Below, piece after piece: positions 1 through 12,059 of a stretch of 64,000 nt of DNA. Below the pieces are notes generated by a model. The model was not told the origin of the DNA and did no database searches. It saw only the letters and a list, made by a program, of their open reading frames with translations. The first letter of the stretch is position 1; each line of letters opens with the position of its first letter. Position numbers and translations under genes: made by a program. Source of the stretch: Azolla caroliniana (Eukaryota > Plantae > Polypodiophyta); assembly GCA_043228905.1 (NCBI GenBank), contig JBHGNT010000012.1, forward strand, positions 9,672,001-9,736,000, read 5' to 3'.

Positions 1-1135
1 GAGTACTTTATATCCTCCTGTAAACACAACATAGTACAGATACAACACACAACATAGTACAATGTGTCTATGGAGAACCCTTCACATGGATTAAAACATA
101 ATTAGTACAATTCTCTTAAGGACGGACAATACTATAAGTACAAGATGAGTACTTTACATCCTTTTGTAAACACAACATAGTACAAAACCAACACACAACA
201 TAGTACAATGTGTCTATGGAGAACCCTTCACATGGATTAATCGATACTTAGTACAATTCTCTTAAGGACGGACAATACTATGAGTACAAGATGAGTACTT
301 TACATCCTCCTATAAACACAACATAGTACAGATAGGACACACAACATAGTACAATGTGTCTATGGAGAACCCTTCACATGGATTAATCGATACTTAGTAC
401 AATTCTCTTAAGGACGGACAATACTATGAGTACAAGATGAGTACTTTACATCCTCCTGTAAACACAACATAGTACAGATAGGACACACAACATAGTACAA
501 TGTGTCTATGGAGAACCCTTCACATGGATTAAAACATAATTAGTACAATTCTCTTAAGGACGGACAATACTATAAGTACAAGATGAGTACTTTACATCCT
601 TTTGTAAACACAACATAGTACAAAACCAACACACAACATAGTACAATGTGTCTATGGAGAACCCTTCACCTGGATTAATCGATACTTAGTACAATTCTCT
701 TAAGGACGGACAATACTATAAGTACAAGATGAGTACTTTACATCCTTTTGTAAACACAACATAGTACAGAACCAAACACAACATAGTACAATGTGTCTAT
801 GGAGAACCCTTCACATGGATTAAAACATAATTAGTACAATTCTCTTAAGGACGGACAATACTATAAGTACAAGATGAGTACTTTACATCCTTTTGTAAAC
901 ACAACATAGTACAAAACCAACACACAACATAGTACAATGTGTCTATGGAGAACCCTTCACATGGATTAATCGATACTTAGTACAATTCTCTTAAGGACGG
1001 ACAATACTATGAGTACAAGATGAGTACTTTACATCCTTTTGTAAACACAACATAGTACAGAACCAACACACAACATAGTACAATGTGTCTATGGAGAACA
1101 CTTCACATGGATTAAAAGTTACTTAGTACAACATA
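1..1135. repeat. Tandem repeat, 146-bp unit, about 7.7 copies (runs off the window start)
   Basis: GAGTACTTTA(C/T)ATCC recurs at 1, 147, 293 and onward with 146-bp period; near-identical units with no unique spacers. Confidence 0.95.
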
Positions 1136-1331
1136 ATACAAACAAAATTAGTATGCATGCATCCATTGACAAGTGCAAGATTCGAATAGTTAGAAACATA
1201 ATTAGTATGCATCGATGTGACTAGTACTGTTTGTTAATAGTTACAAACATAATTAGTATGCATCCACTAACACAAGATTTACTTCCTTACACATTGCATG
1301 ATAAGTATTAAACATATGGATTAAAAATTAC

Positions 1332-2994
1332 CTGGTGATAAAGTAGAACGATCGTGCCGCCTTAAACTGCGAGGCAGCACCATCAGACCAAACCCAATGT
1401 AAGGTTAACCCTAGAGAAAATAAATCTGCATGGTGAAGCTTAAAACAATGTTGAACAAATAGTGTATCATGCTTTTTATCATCTGAAATGTAAAATATTG
1501 ATTTCTTATGTAACTCACCGTCTTGCCTCCAATAGCAAATATGTACAAGTATTGTACATTGATCATTGTACCAATGCATTGATTGAACCTCATTTTGAAC
1601 TTTAAATGTATAGTTTTCTGCAAAATCAATAACGGATACAATGACACCCGTTGGTAAGTTATTAATACATTCCTTGAACTGTGAATTTTGCCAATAACTC
1701 CGGAAGTTATGTGGAATAAACTCCCCAAGTTGTTTCTTAAATTCTGAGACAAGGGTAGCAGCACATGTCTCCTTATATACTTCCTTGATACGCTTAGTTA
1801 TAACTCCCTTGCCAATATTTTCAGTCACATACTCCAAATATTTCCATTTCACGATATGACTATTTCCCATATCAAGCTCCTGCCTACAAAATAATGGTAG
1901 CGGACAAACCTTACATGTTCTTAATAGACATGTACGACGATGCCACTCACATGATGGTTCTTTTTCACAAACACAAGACCTCCATAGCTCAGAAACGGAT
2001 GCATAAGTCATGTTTCGTGCATTACACCTATTATCCTCCCCATTTTGTCTACAAATCTCACAAGTGCAGACACATAATTCCCCATGTATACCCTTAGAAT
2101 CAGTACGCATTGCATTCACAGAAACCCTTAACATGTCCATCTTCACATGGTACACACAACAACATGTATTCCTCTCATTTAATTTTCTAACATAAAATGG
2201 TTTCAAACCTTGGAACTTGCGGAATCCGACAGTCAAGCTTGGATGTTGGTCTTTAAAGTTCATGTACAATTCAGCCTACATCAACCAATATATATAGCAA
2301 ACATTAATATACACTTGGTCAAAACACAAAGTTATGGAATGTGAATTGATATAAAAAAATGGAATACCTCTGTCATCTCCAAGAAGTGTCTAGGGTGAAT
2401 CTGGTACTTACCCTGACTTATTCGTTGTCTACACACGTCCTTCTTATTTGGTGAGACACGCGTATTTTTGGCCCAAAATGAATCCACTTTCTCAATAATC
2501 TCTTGAGATAAGGCATCACATCGTCGTCTACGTCCCGACCCCAGCCACTTGAATTTGCTTGAGTGTATATTTCGGCGATGTTTCCTCAAGTTCCTTCTTT
2601 GAATACCCAGGGCTAAGGCAACTTTAGTATCACTATATTTTTTTTCTCTCGCACCATTCACAACCATGTGTAGGGCTGCCCTCTTTGCAGCAAGTTTGTC
2701 TAAGCTCTCTACACCTTTCACTAAGTCTAGGGATGACTTCATAGACTCCACAATCTCTTCTGAAACACATTGGTCCCTAAATTTTATTCTCTCCATGTCT
2801 TCATTCAAACTTTGATGGTGTAACACTCTACAAATAATATCCCTACAATCCTCTTCACTAAATCTCTTCGTTATTTCTACCAAATAACGAACTATGTGAA
2901 GAACCACTCGTCTCTTAGTCCTTTCAGATATGCATGAGTTACTTGACAACTCACTCTCGTTAGGAACCCCCATTCGGTCACTAGATTTATCCAC
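1332..2994 (-). CDS. Spliced DDE transposase, Sola2-like (partial; C-terminal exons lie outside the window)
   Basis: ORFs 2332..2994 and 1328..2269 join in frame through a GT-AG intron at 2367..2276 (LEMTE|AELYMNF). Motifs TCCCVYH, VIDFAENY..QNEVQSMHW, SDDKKHD and WSDGAASQFK. The exon ends at the donor AG|GTAATT at 1331. Confidence 0.7.
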
Positions 2995-3028
2995 AAAAAT
3001 TAAGTGTCTTGCGAAAGTAGTTAATGTT

Positions 3029-3612
3029 ATATAGACTCAACCAAGAAAACACAATCAAATGTTTTTAAATGTGGCCTGCAAAGTGAGAAATATTTTGTTT
3101 CAAACATTAGAATTACATATCAAATATGGCAAATGTCAATTCTAAAAATTTAGTACTGAAATATGAAGAAATGAAACATTTTAGTACTGAAAATGAAAAA
3201 AATGGATGGAAGGAACCTCCAATGGTGGAGGGAGCGTGGATATATAGACTCAACCAAGAAAACACAATCAAATGTTTTTAAATGTGGCCTGCAAAGTGAG
3301 AAATATTTTGTTTCAAAAATTAGAATTACATATCAAATATGGCAAATGTCAATTCTAAAAATTTAGTACTGAAATATGAAGAAATGAAACATTTTAGTAC
3401 TGAAAATAAAAAAATGGATGGAAGGAACCTCCAATGGTGGAGGGAGCGTTGGATATGCCGCCTCGATTTGGTGGAAGGAACCTCCAATGGTGGAGGGAGC
3501 GTGGATATGCAGCCTCGATTTGGTGGAAGGAACCTCCAATGGTGGAGGGAGCGTTGGATATGCCGCCTCGATTTGGTGGAAGGAACCTCCAATGCCGCCT
3601 CGATTTGGTGGA
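3029..3612. repeat. About 215-bp direct duplication followed by about 52-bp tandem units
   Basis: 3029-3243 is repeated at about 3244-3460; GGAAGGAACCTCCAATGGTGGAGGGAGCG recurs 4-5 times. Confidence 0.85.
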
Positions 3613-4359
3613 AAAAGCCCCAAATCACCACGACATCAACTGCAATCGGTGGAAGTACGAAAGTCGTTGTCAAAGAAGTGATTATTGGTTGCTACCTAAA
3701 CCCTCAGAACAGTCTCTGTACCTCAACCGAAACCTAACAAAAACAGAAACCCTAAAAAAATCAGAAATCCTCAACTCAAACTCTCCAACCAGACATGGAT
3801 GTCTGAGATTTAGATTGAAGGAAAATCAGAAACGTGACATGGATGTCTGTGATGAAAAGCTCAGAGAGATAGAGGAAGAACAGTATGAGGGGAATCGCCA
3901 AAACGACGTGAGGGGAAGCGCCAAAATCGACGTGAGGGGAAAATAGCCCCCAAAATGGAAGAACATCTCCTCACGTGTTCCCCCCACTCCTTCTACAGTA
4001 AATGACACTTGTACTACAGTCACCCCACTCTCCAAAATCGATTTTCTTTTTCTCTAATTTTTTTTCTGAATTATTCAGTACTAACAGTATTGAAAGTACT
4101 GACAATTTTTGTGGCCAAAAACAGTACTTTTTTGGTACCTCGTAGCGTGCTTCGACCCGGATAGAGAAGACCCGAGGTTTGGTTTACGACAATATTACTT
4201 CCCGACCCCTTCCCGAGCAAGGTCTCGTTGCCCTTTGTTTTGTGAGGCCGGTGGCTCTCGTTGATCACGACTCGTCGACCTTCCGAGATCACCGCACAAG
4301 CCAAGTGACCAAACGGGTACAAGCAAGATGAGCACGCAACATCAACACACAAGGGGACG

Positions 4360-5192
4360 ATAACACAAACACGAATGTCCGTACGTCTTTATGAGGAGGA
4401 GAGGTGCATGGGCACGCCTGAACGCTCCCTTGTCACAAGACATCGAACGTACGAGGAAGACACAAAACACATGCGCAAATGCTCGTACGCCTTTATGAGG
4501 AGGAGAGGTGCATGGGCACACCCGAAACGCCCCCTCGTCACAAGACGGCCGAACGTACAAGGAAGACACAAACACGCACACAAAATGCTCGTACGCCTTT
4601 ATGAGGAGGAGAGGTGCATGGGCAAGCCCGAATGCTCCCTCGTCACGAGAGGACCGAACGTACAAGGAAGACCCAAACACACGCACAAAATGCTCGTACG
4701 CCTTTATGAGGAGGAGAGTTGCATGGTCAAGCCCGAAACGATCCCTCGTCACAAGACGGCTGAACGTACAAGCAAGACACAAACACACACACAAATGCTC
4801 GTACATCTTTATGAGGTGCATGGGCACGCCCGAAATGCTCCCTTGTCACAAGACGGCCGAACGTACAAGGAAGACACAAACACACACACAAATGCTCGTA
4901 CGCCTTTATGTGGAGGAGAGGTGCATGGGCAAGCCCGAATGGTCCCCTCGTCACAAGACGGCCGAACGTACAAGAAAGACACAAACACACACACAAAATG
5001 CTCGTACGCCTTGATGAGGAGGAGAGGTGCATGGGAAGCCCAAAATGGTCCCTCGTCACAGGACGGCCGAACGTACAAGGAAGACACAAACACACGCACA
5101 AATGCTCGTACGTCTTTATGAGGAGGAGAGGTGCATGGGCACGCCCGAAATGCTCCCTCGTCACAAGACGGCCAAACGTACAAGGAAGACAC
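4360..5192. repeat. Minisatellite, about 105-bp unit, about 8 copies
   Basis: ATGCTCGTAC anchors at 4585, 4690, 4795, 4892, 4998 and 5102. Confidence 0.9.
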
Positions 5193-6076
5193 GAATAAAG
5201 AAAGAAGGAGAGGAAGACGCACGAATGATATCAACCAAAGAGATAAATACGTGTTCGGTTCCAACGCAAGAGGACCCTTTATAAAATAGGGTTTTGTTTA
5301 CAATGGCAACTTATAGTTAACCACAAGCTCAATCAAAACATAAATATTAAATGCCCTTAGAGACAAAAGCAAATCCGAACATAGCAAAGATGAACACACG
5401 AGCACCACCAAAATGCCAATCCCAACGAACCATGACCACTCAACGGCGAGCACACGGGCTCGCAACGACGAACGGGGCGGACCAACGTCGAACCAACGAA
5501 GTTTGGGCTCACGAGCACTTCGAGTGCCGACGCGAAGAAGACAAGCACGTGGAGATGGGGGGATGAAGGGGTATGAGATGAAGAGAAGTGGTGAATAAGA
5601 AGATGTAGAGCTTTGAAGGAAAATTGGCGATAGTCTCCTCCTCCCAAAAAGTCCTCCCGAATGAGCCCCCCTCAACCTCCTTTTATAAGAAAAAAAGAAG
5701 GCGGGGTCACCAAATTTGTCTTCAATGAAAAAGGAATAAAATTCCTTAAATCACACTGCACTGTCAGTGTAGATTCAAACTGTGCAACTCTAGCTAATAG
5801 TCAATGTGACTATCCACTAGCCCACTAACTCTCTCTTATATAATATATAATTCTATCTCTATAAATTCTTAGCATGTCTCTCCTCTACATTTTATCTCTC
5901 TTCTCTCTTACTTTTTGCACGGGCTTCTATGCATCCTTTCCACTCTTTCTTTTCCCTTTTATTTTGCATATGCACAACTAAGCGCTTCTGTGTGCACACA
6001 CATTACACATGCACATTTTTGGACCCCCCCCCCTTTCGCCGGTTTTTCCCACTCTCGAGCACGCCACATCACTACA

Positions 6077-6573
6077 ACGGATCATTGCGTGAGTCGGGTG
6101 GGAACCATATACATCTTTCTCTCCTCCTTATATAGGATGCTAGAGACTAAGCATAGCTTCCTGCTTTTTCTAAAGTGTTCATGAACACTAAATGTGCATG
6201 AGTTGCTTTTTCCACTATGCTTTTATTTCCTAAATATAGTGCTCATGCACGCTAGATGTGCATGAGTATTTTTCAATTGGTTTATATTTTTATTGTAAAT
6301 AAAGTATTCATGCACTCTAAAAATGCATGATATACCTTTGAATAAAGGTAGGCATAAATAAAAGTCTTATACCTATTAAACCTATATTTATAATATTTAT
6401 GATAAGTTAATATAATGGTAAAGTTGTGGTTTATTTACATGGAGGTATAGGGTTCAAATCTTGCCTTATGCATGTAATAAATATTCTAATATTTATTATT
6501 ATTTATATATATGTACTTAAATCGGATATATTATTTTACATTTTTCACGTAGTGTGTGAACTACACTACGACA
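6077..6573 (-). repeat. 3' LTR of Gypsy copy A (left end truncated, internal deletion of about 205 bp)
   Basis: Homologous to 25570-26204 and starts TGTCGTAGTGTAG on the minus strand. The deletion joins two AACCA microhomologies. Confidence 0.8.
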
Positions 6574-6618
6574 CTCCGAAGTTCCTGATGCATGTTATTC
6601 GTCTTCCTCCGTAGCACT

Positions 6619-9600
6619 CTATGATTCTCCCCTTACATCGACTACGAGTTGTAGTGCACTTTCTTTGCTTTCCGTATCACCGCGATCTTTGTTTGGTTGT
6701 TCCTCGATGTCGATCTTGTCTAGGGTTACATAGGGTTCTTCGTCAGTCCGCTTCTTGAAAATCTTCACCCGTTTCCCACTATAGGCACCCGTAGTACTGT
6801 TCCATCCAAATCGCATAGTTGGTAAGTTCCGTTGTCGAAAACTTTCCGAACCTCGTATGGCCCGAACCACCTTTTCGCGAACTTTCGTATCGTTGTATGT
6901 TGATGATCCAGACCACTATTATAGACAATCATCCAATCTCCTTCTTCAATCTTCCGCGGTCGTATTCGATGCTTTGTGACGAATCGGCTTTTGTTCCGGA
7001 ATCGCGCTTGCTGTTGTCAGCGTGTTGCTTCCGCTATGTCTTCCGGTCTTCCCTCTAGTTGTCGCATCCGGACCGCTAGTAGTTCTTCTTAGCTCATCTC
7101 ATTCCTTCCTCGACAGCACTGTCCATGTCGCAATTGCGGTTTCCGTCACCATTACCGGTGCTTTTCTAGTCATGAGTTCGGCTGGCATAAAACCGGTCAC
7201 GGAACTATGCATCGTACAATCCGCCCATAGTGCATACGGGAGAATTTGCGGCCAATCCTTCACCCTTCCGTCGCATGCTTTTACAAGTGCTTTAACGATT
7301 GGACTATGTCTTCGTTCGATCTTCCTGTTGGCTTCCGGATTGTATGCCGTTGTTAGTGTTAACCAAACTCCATGTTTGGTGAAGAATTCCCTAGCTTTAT
7401 CAGAGTTGAGTTCTCCTCGATCCGCAATCACTTGTCCTACACACGCATACCTGCAAAACACTTCTTCCAAAAGAAATTGGCATACCGTAGAACACGTTTT
7501 CCTCCGTAACACTCGACCTTCTACTTGGTTTGTGAGATCTTCCTGAGCTAACACCAAGTACTTCTTTTGTCCGATCCCGGTTGGCATGGCTACAATGTCG
7601 ACCATCCATTTGAAGTTGATTGTCGGTGTGAATGTCGGATGTAACTCATCTCGGTGTCGAATCCCGGAGTAGACTTTGTACATATTCTCGCAGCTTTCCA
7701 TGAACTACGCGACATCTTTGTACATATTCTTCCACCAATATCTTTGCTTGATCTTTACAAATGTTGCCCATTTTTCCCGATGTCCAGACCAATCGGATTC
7801 GTGAAATTCAAACATTATCTGGTTTCGTTGCTCTTTTGTCCCGACTACTCGAAGTGGTATGCCATCCGGTCTTTTCTACTCCCTCCATATTAATCTATCT
7901 TTCAAGAAGAACTTTCGAACTTGCCGCGTCTTACTTGGGATCTCGGTTCTCTTCTCTTTATTGTCCGATGATTCCTCGATTTCTTGTAGCATTTTCCCGA
8001 TCAACAAGCTTTCCCCCTCGTATTCTTCTTACCGGAATTCTCGGATTACATTCACCCGGCATATGTGCTCCGAAGCAAAGCAGTCTTTAGAAACTTCTTC
8101 ATTATCGGATTCGGTTATGTCGTCTCCGAACCATGCCCTTGATAGCATATCCGCTACCACGTTGTCTTTTCTGGAGATGTGTCGTACCTCCGGATTAAGT
8201 GACTTAACATATGCAATCCACCTTAGCATATCCACATCCGGTATAGTACAACACCGCATCATCCTGAGTATCGGAAGACAATCCGTTTCGATCACTACTT
8301 CGGCTCCGATCAAATAATCTCGATCCGATTTGATTGCCGACACGACTTTCCATAATTCTCTTTTGACTTGTGCATACCCGCGTTGCCTTTCGTCGCGAAC
8401 CATCCGAGTCAGCTTGATTCATGACCCATCCAATTCCGGTTGGACTTGTGTCAACCGTTACTATGATCGGTCGGTCATAGTGTTTTCTTAAGCTTCTTCA
8501 TGGCTTTGGTATGTTCCGGTCTCCATTCGAATTTCTTACCCTTCCGCAACAAGTGATAGAGTGGGTCCGTAATATGTGCATAGTGCGGAATTCATATGTG
8601 ATAAAATGCACATGCTCCAAGAAACCTTCGGACTTCGGATTGTGACTCCCATACTTCTTTCATAGCTTGAATCACATCGATCTTGGTTGGTGACGGTATT
8701 CGGCCGTAGGGCCCACATAGATGTCCGACTACCAATATTTGTTCATGTCTGAATGCCGATTTCTCTCCGGAAAGTGTTAGGTGCACATCTTCTAACTTTC
8801 GTAGCACTTTCTCGCAATCGCGAATATGGTCGACTACGAACTGTTGGCATCCCCGATCATCCATAATCTCATCTTTTTCTTCCACCCCGCATCCTTTCAT
8901 CGGAATGTCATCTAGGAACGGCATCGTTATCTCCGGAATGCAGTCTCGAAGCACCTTGTTCATTGCATTCATCATATGTGTGACCGAGTTTGTTACGCCT
9001 TGTGGTAGTGTGCACACACGAACTAATCCTATCGGTGTTCGCATGGTAGTGATGTCTCGGCTCTCCACGGCTAGTTGGAATTGGTCATACCCTCAGTATA
9101 GGTCTCCGATGGAGTATATTGAAGTTAAAAATCATTGCCGGCCACAACCGGTTGTACGTGTGCGGAATAATAGTCAATCTAATGGAAAGGAAAAATAGAA
9201 TACAGAAACTGAGAATGACACAGATTTTAACGTGGAAACCCAAACTGGGAAAAACCACGTGGAGTCCACAAACTCTGAACAGAACATTATGAGAGAAAGG
9301 AATACAATCAGAGATCTCAGAGGCAACGACCTCGAGATCTTGCTTCGCCAATAGGCGGCTATGGAGCTCACACGCTTCCACTCACACTCGTTCACTCTCA
9401 CAGTTACGGAGGCAACAACCTCATCAACAGTAACTTTACAACAACGCACATATCTAACATGATTGCCCTAAGTACTTATATACCTTTCGACTATTTACAA
9501 GTTTAGCCTTCCGTGTTGGCTATCTCCACGATTTCCGGATTCGTCCTCGGCCTATCGGCCTCGGCCGAGTTGCTCATCAACACGGTTCTTCTCACTTTCC

Positions 9601-11200
9601 ATCCAGAGGAACCTATTTCCTAACATATATTGCGCGTCCGGCAAATGCTTCCACAAATTCGTCCACTATCGGACCGATTCCGGAGTTACGGATCGTGACC
9701 TTGTTCACCGGTTACAAGTCTTGAATAAACTCGAGTGACCCATTCTTCCTCGGAACCGTAAACCATCGATTTGAGTACGGAGTGTTTGATGGCTCTAGAA
9801 TCCCCATCGCCACCTTCTCCTTAAGCAAGTCGATGACTTTCGGAATATGCGCCCATGGCACCGGAATCGGCTTCAGGTTCCATGGCACATGATCAATTGT
9901 GAAGATCACCATCGACTCCACTATCTTCGGATCAATGCACCCTATCTCATTTGATGTGAATGCAAATGCTTTTCCATGTATTTCCAACATCTTACGAAAC
10001 CGTTCTTCTTCTTTTTGTAAGAGGAAACCAACTCCACCAATCTGAAGTTTTTCATGGGTCTCATCCGTGAAGGCATGTCCGATATCCACAGACTTTCGAA
10101 GTGTCGGCTCTCCCTAGACTTCTTTCCTCTTTTGTTCGCTATCGATGGGTAGCGAGCCCGCAGCCGGTTTCACTTTCTTCTCCACGGTCTTGTATTTCGT
10201 ACTTACCATTGCTTCTTCTTTGCAGAGCGCATCCAGCCCCATTTTCGCAATGATCTCGTACATCTCGACCGATTCCACGGGAACTACCCGGTCTCCATGG
10301 CTATTTTCTTTTGCAAGCTCTTCAAGCCGTTGTAGCGTGCTCCCATAGAACACTTCTTTGACTATTCCCACGATTTCTTCGTCTTCGTTTATTATTGATG
10401 TCACCCGTAACTTATCCTCTACTTTTCGGTATTCTTTCTTCATTCCTCCAGTACGGCCGTGTATGTAGATGCCCCATCCGGACGGATTCGTACTTGTTTT
10501 GCTCTGAGAGTTTTCTTCTTGTGTGGCATATCAGGGCTTCTTGGACTATCACTTCCCCACTCCGCAACAGTCCGCTCTAAAAATCCATCTTTGTTTGGGA
10601 CAAGATCTTCCTCTTGTTCCTTTCATGATTCGCAGGCACAATTAGGAATTGGACGGATTTCCCTCCGCTTTGACTCCAAATTCGTGCGAAAGGCGCACTT
10701 CTATCAAGCACATTCGTCTCCATCTGTGATGCCATGATAAAGGGTTGCCTGAGGATGACGGAGTGTCAGACGTCATCTTGCACGAAGAAATTTTGGTCTA
10801 TCTCCACATCTCTAATCTTCACCCGAACATCTGGACAAGCCGCAAATAGGTCTTCTGTTGCTTTAGTGGTTGCCCGGATCTTCCATTCATGATTAGTGTT
10901 AATAGGCCACTTCCCCTTCCGGTAGAACTCCTTGGACATCAAGTTGATCTCCGATCCGTGATCAATCAATGCTAGCACAGGCTCTTTGATGTTGCCGATT
11001 AGGATCGGAGTCTCCGTAGTCGCACGTTCCCAATGTGGCCTTGTGTAGTGGGAATTCGGAATTTCGTCCTCCAATTCGGTGTCATTCATTAAAACGGTAT
11101 TTGCATTCACCCTTGGAGCATTTTCCTCCGTACTTTCTCTTTTTCTCTTCACGAGATCCACAAGAAGATTATGGAACTCCTTCTTCGCTATTCCGAGTAA
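6619..11200 (-). pseudogene. Gypsy pol (PR-RT-RNaseH-IN), fragmented by stops, frameshifts and a solo LTR
   Basis: ORFs 10766..11161 (PR), 9712..10089 and 8592..9068 (RT, LPQG..FLDD), 8029..8403 (RH, ADMLSR), 7099..7701 (IN, ADRGE..YNPEAN..IER). Confidence 0.9.
9120..9625. mobile_element. Solo LTR related to the LTRs of the Copia at 47337-52783
   Basis: TG...CA ends with TATAT TSD (9115-9119, 9626-9630). Shares the GGCCACAACCG, ACGTGGAAA..GGGAAAAACCACG and TTGCCCTA blocks. Interrupts RT. Confidence 0.9.
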
Positions 11201-12059
11201 TTCCCGAACCCGGGGACTCCACTATACATAAGAAGGTTGTATCACATGCGTTCATGACATCATTTATAAACCCCTTATACGTATGGTTTTTACTATTTTA
11301 GTAACCCTTGTGTAGAAAAAAGATTAATAAAAATACCCCTTATTACCAATATATTTTTTGATAACCACCCATTTTAAATACCCTTACATATAAAATATAC
11401 ATGCACACATAGGTTGCAATCCTAGAAGGGATCAATGACCATCTTTACAATTGATGACTCGCAAAATTATGAATCGACATTAAACATCATATGCAAATTC
11501 CTAGAAATGCTTCATCAAGTGCCACATAGATTGAAAACACAATGTGTAAAGTACAAAGTAATGTACACACAATTAGGAAACATTACCCAAAAACACTACG
11601 GGTATAACATATACAAGCCACATATAAGTTTTTGTTTTTAGTTTATTGAGACGTATGAAGAACATTGAGTGATAAAAAACAATGTAATTTACAATAAAAC
11701 AATCTTGAACTTAACACATACATCTCAAAGAGCACATATGGAACAATCCAAAATGTATATCAATAATGAAATTACTAATAAATTAACATTATGTTTGGTT
11801 TCATGGATATAGACTCATATAAAGCCATAATATTATTTTTTCTCAAACACATTGATCAAACAAATGGCAACCTACTTCATATTTCCATTTGAAATGTAAG
11901 ACATCATCTATTCACATACTCTTACCCAAATCAAAATGAAATAAAATAAATCATTTTGTTATTGCAATATCTACTTAAAAAACTTATTGCAATAAAGGTT
12001 ACCCTTATAAAGACCGAGTATATAAAAAGAAAACCCTAAGAAGTTCATTTTAGGCTGTA

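Larger units (their letters stand above)
1..4141 (-). mobile_element. Putative Sola2-like DNA transposon, left end outside the window
   Basis: Contains the transposase. Candidate 5' terminus GAGGTACCAAAAAAGTACTG (minus strand) at 4141. AGTACT-rich subterminal region. The opposite TIR and TSD are not visible. Confidence 0.45.

Noticed and set aside
1-1135. CRISPR-like array
   Set aside because: Whole 146-bp units repeat with no unique spacers, there are no cas genes, and the context is eukaryotic
3326-5284. ORFs of 85-248 aa on both strands
   Set aside because: They arise from stop-poor tandem repeats and show no recognisable domain
6548-6573. Helitron 3' hairpin
   Set aside because: No CTRR end; the hairpin lies inside TGTC...GACA LTR termini associated with a PBS and Gypsy genes
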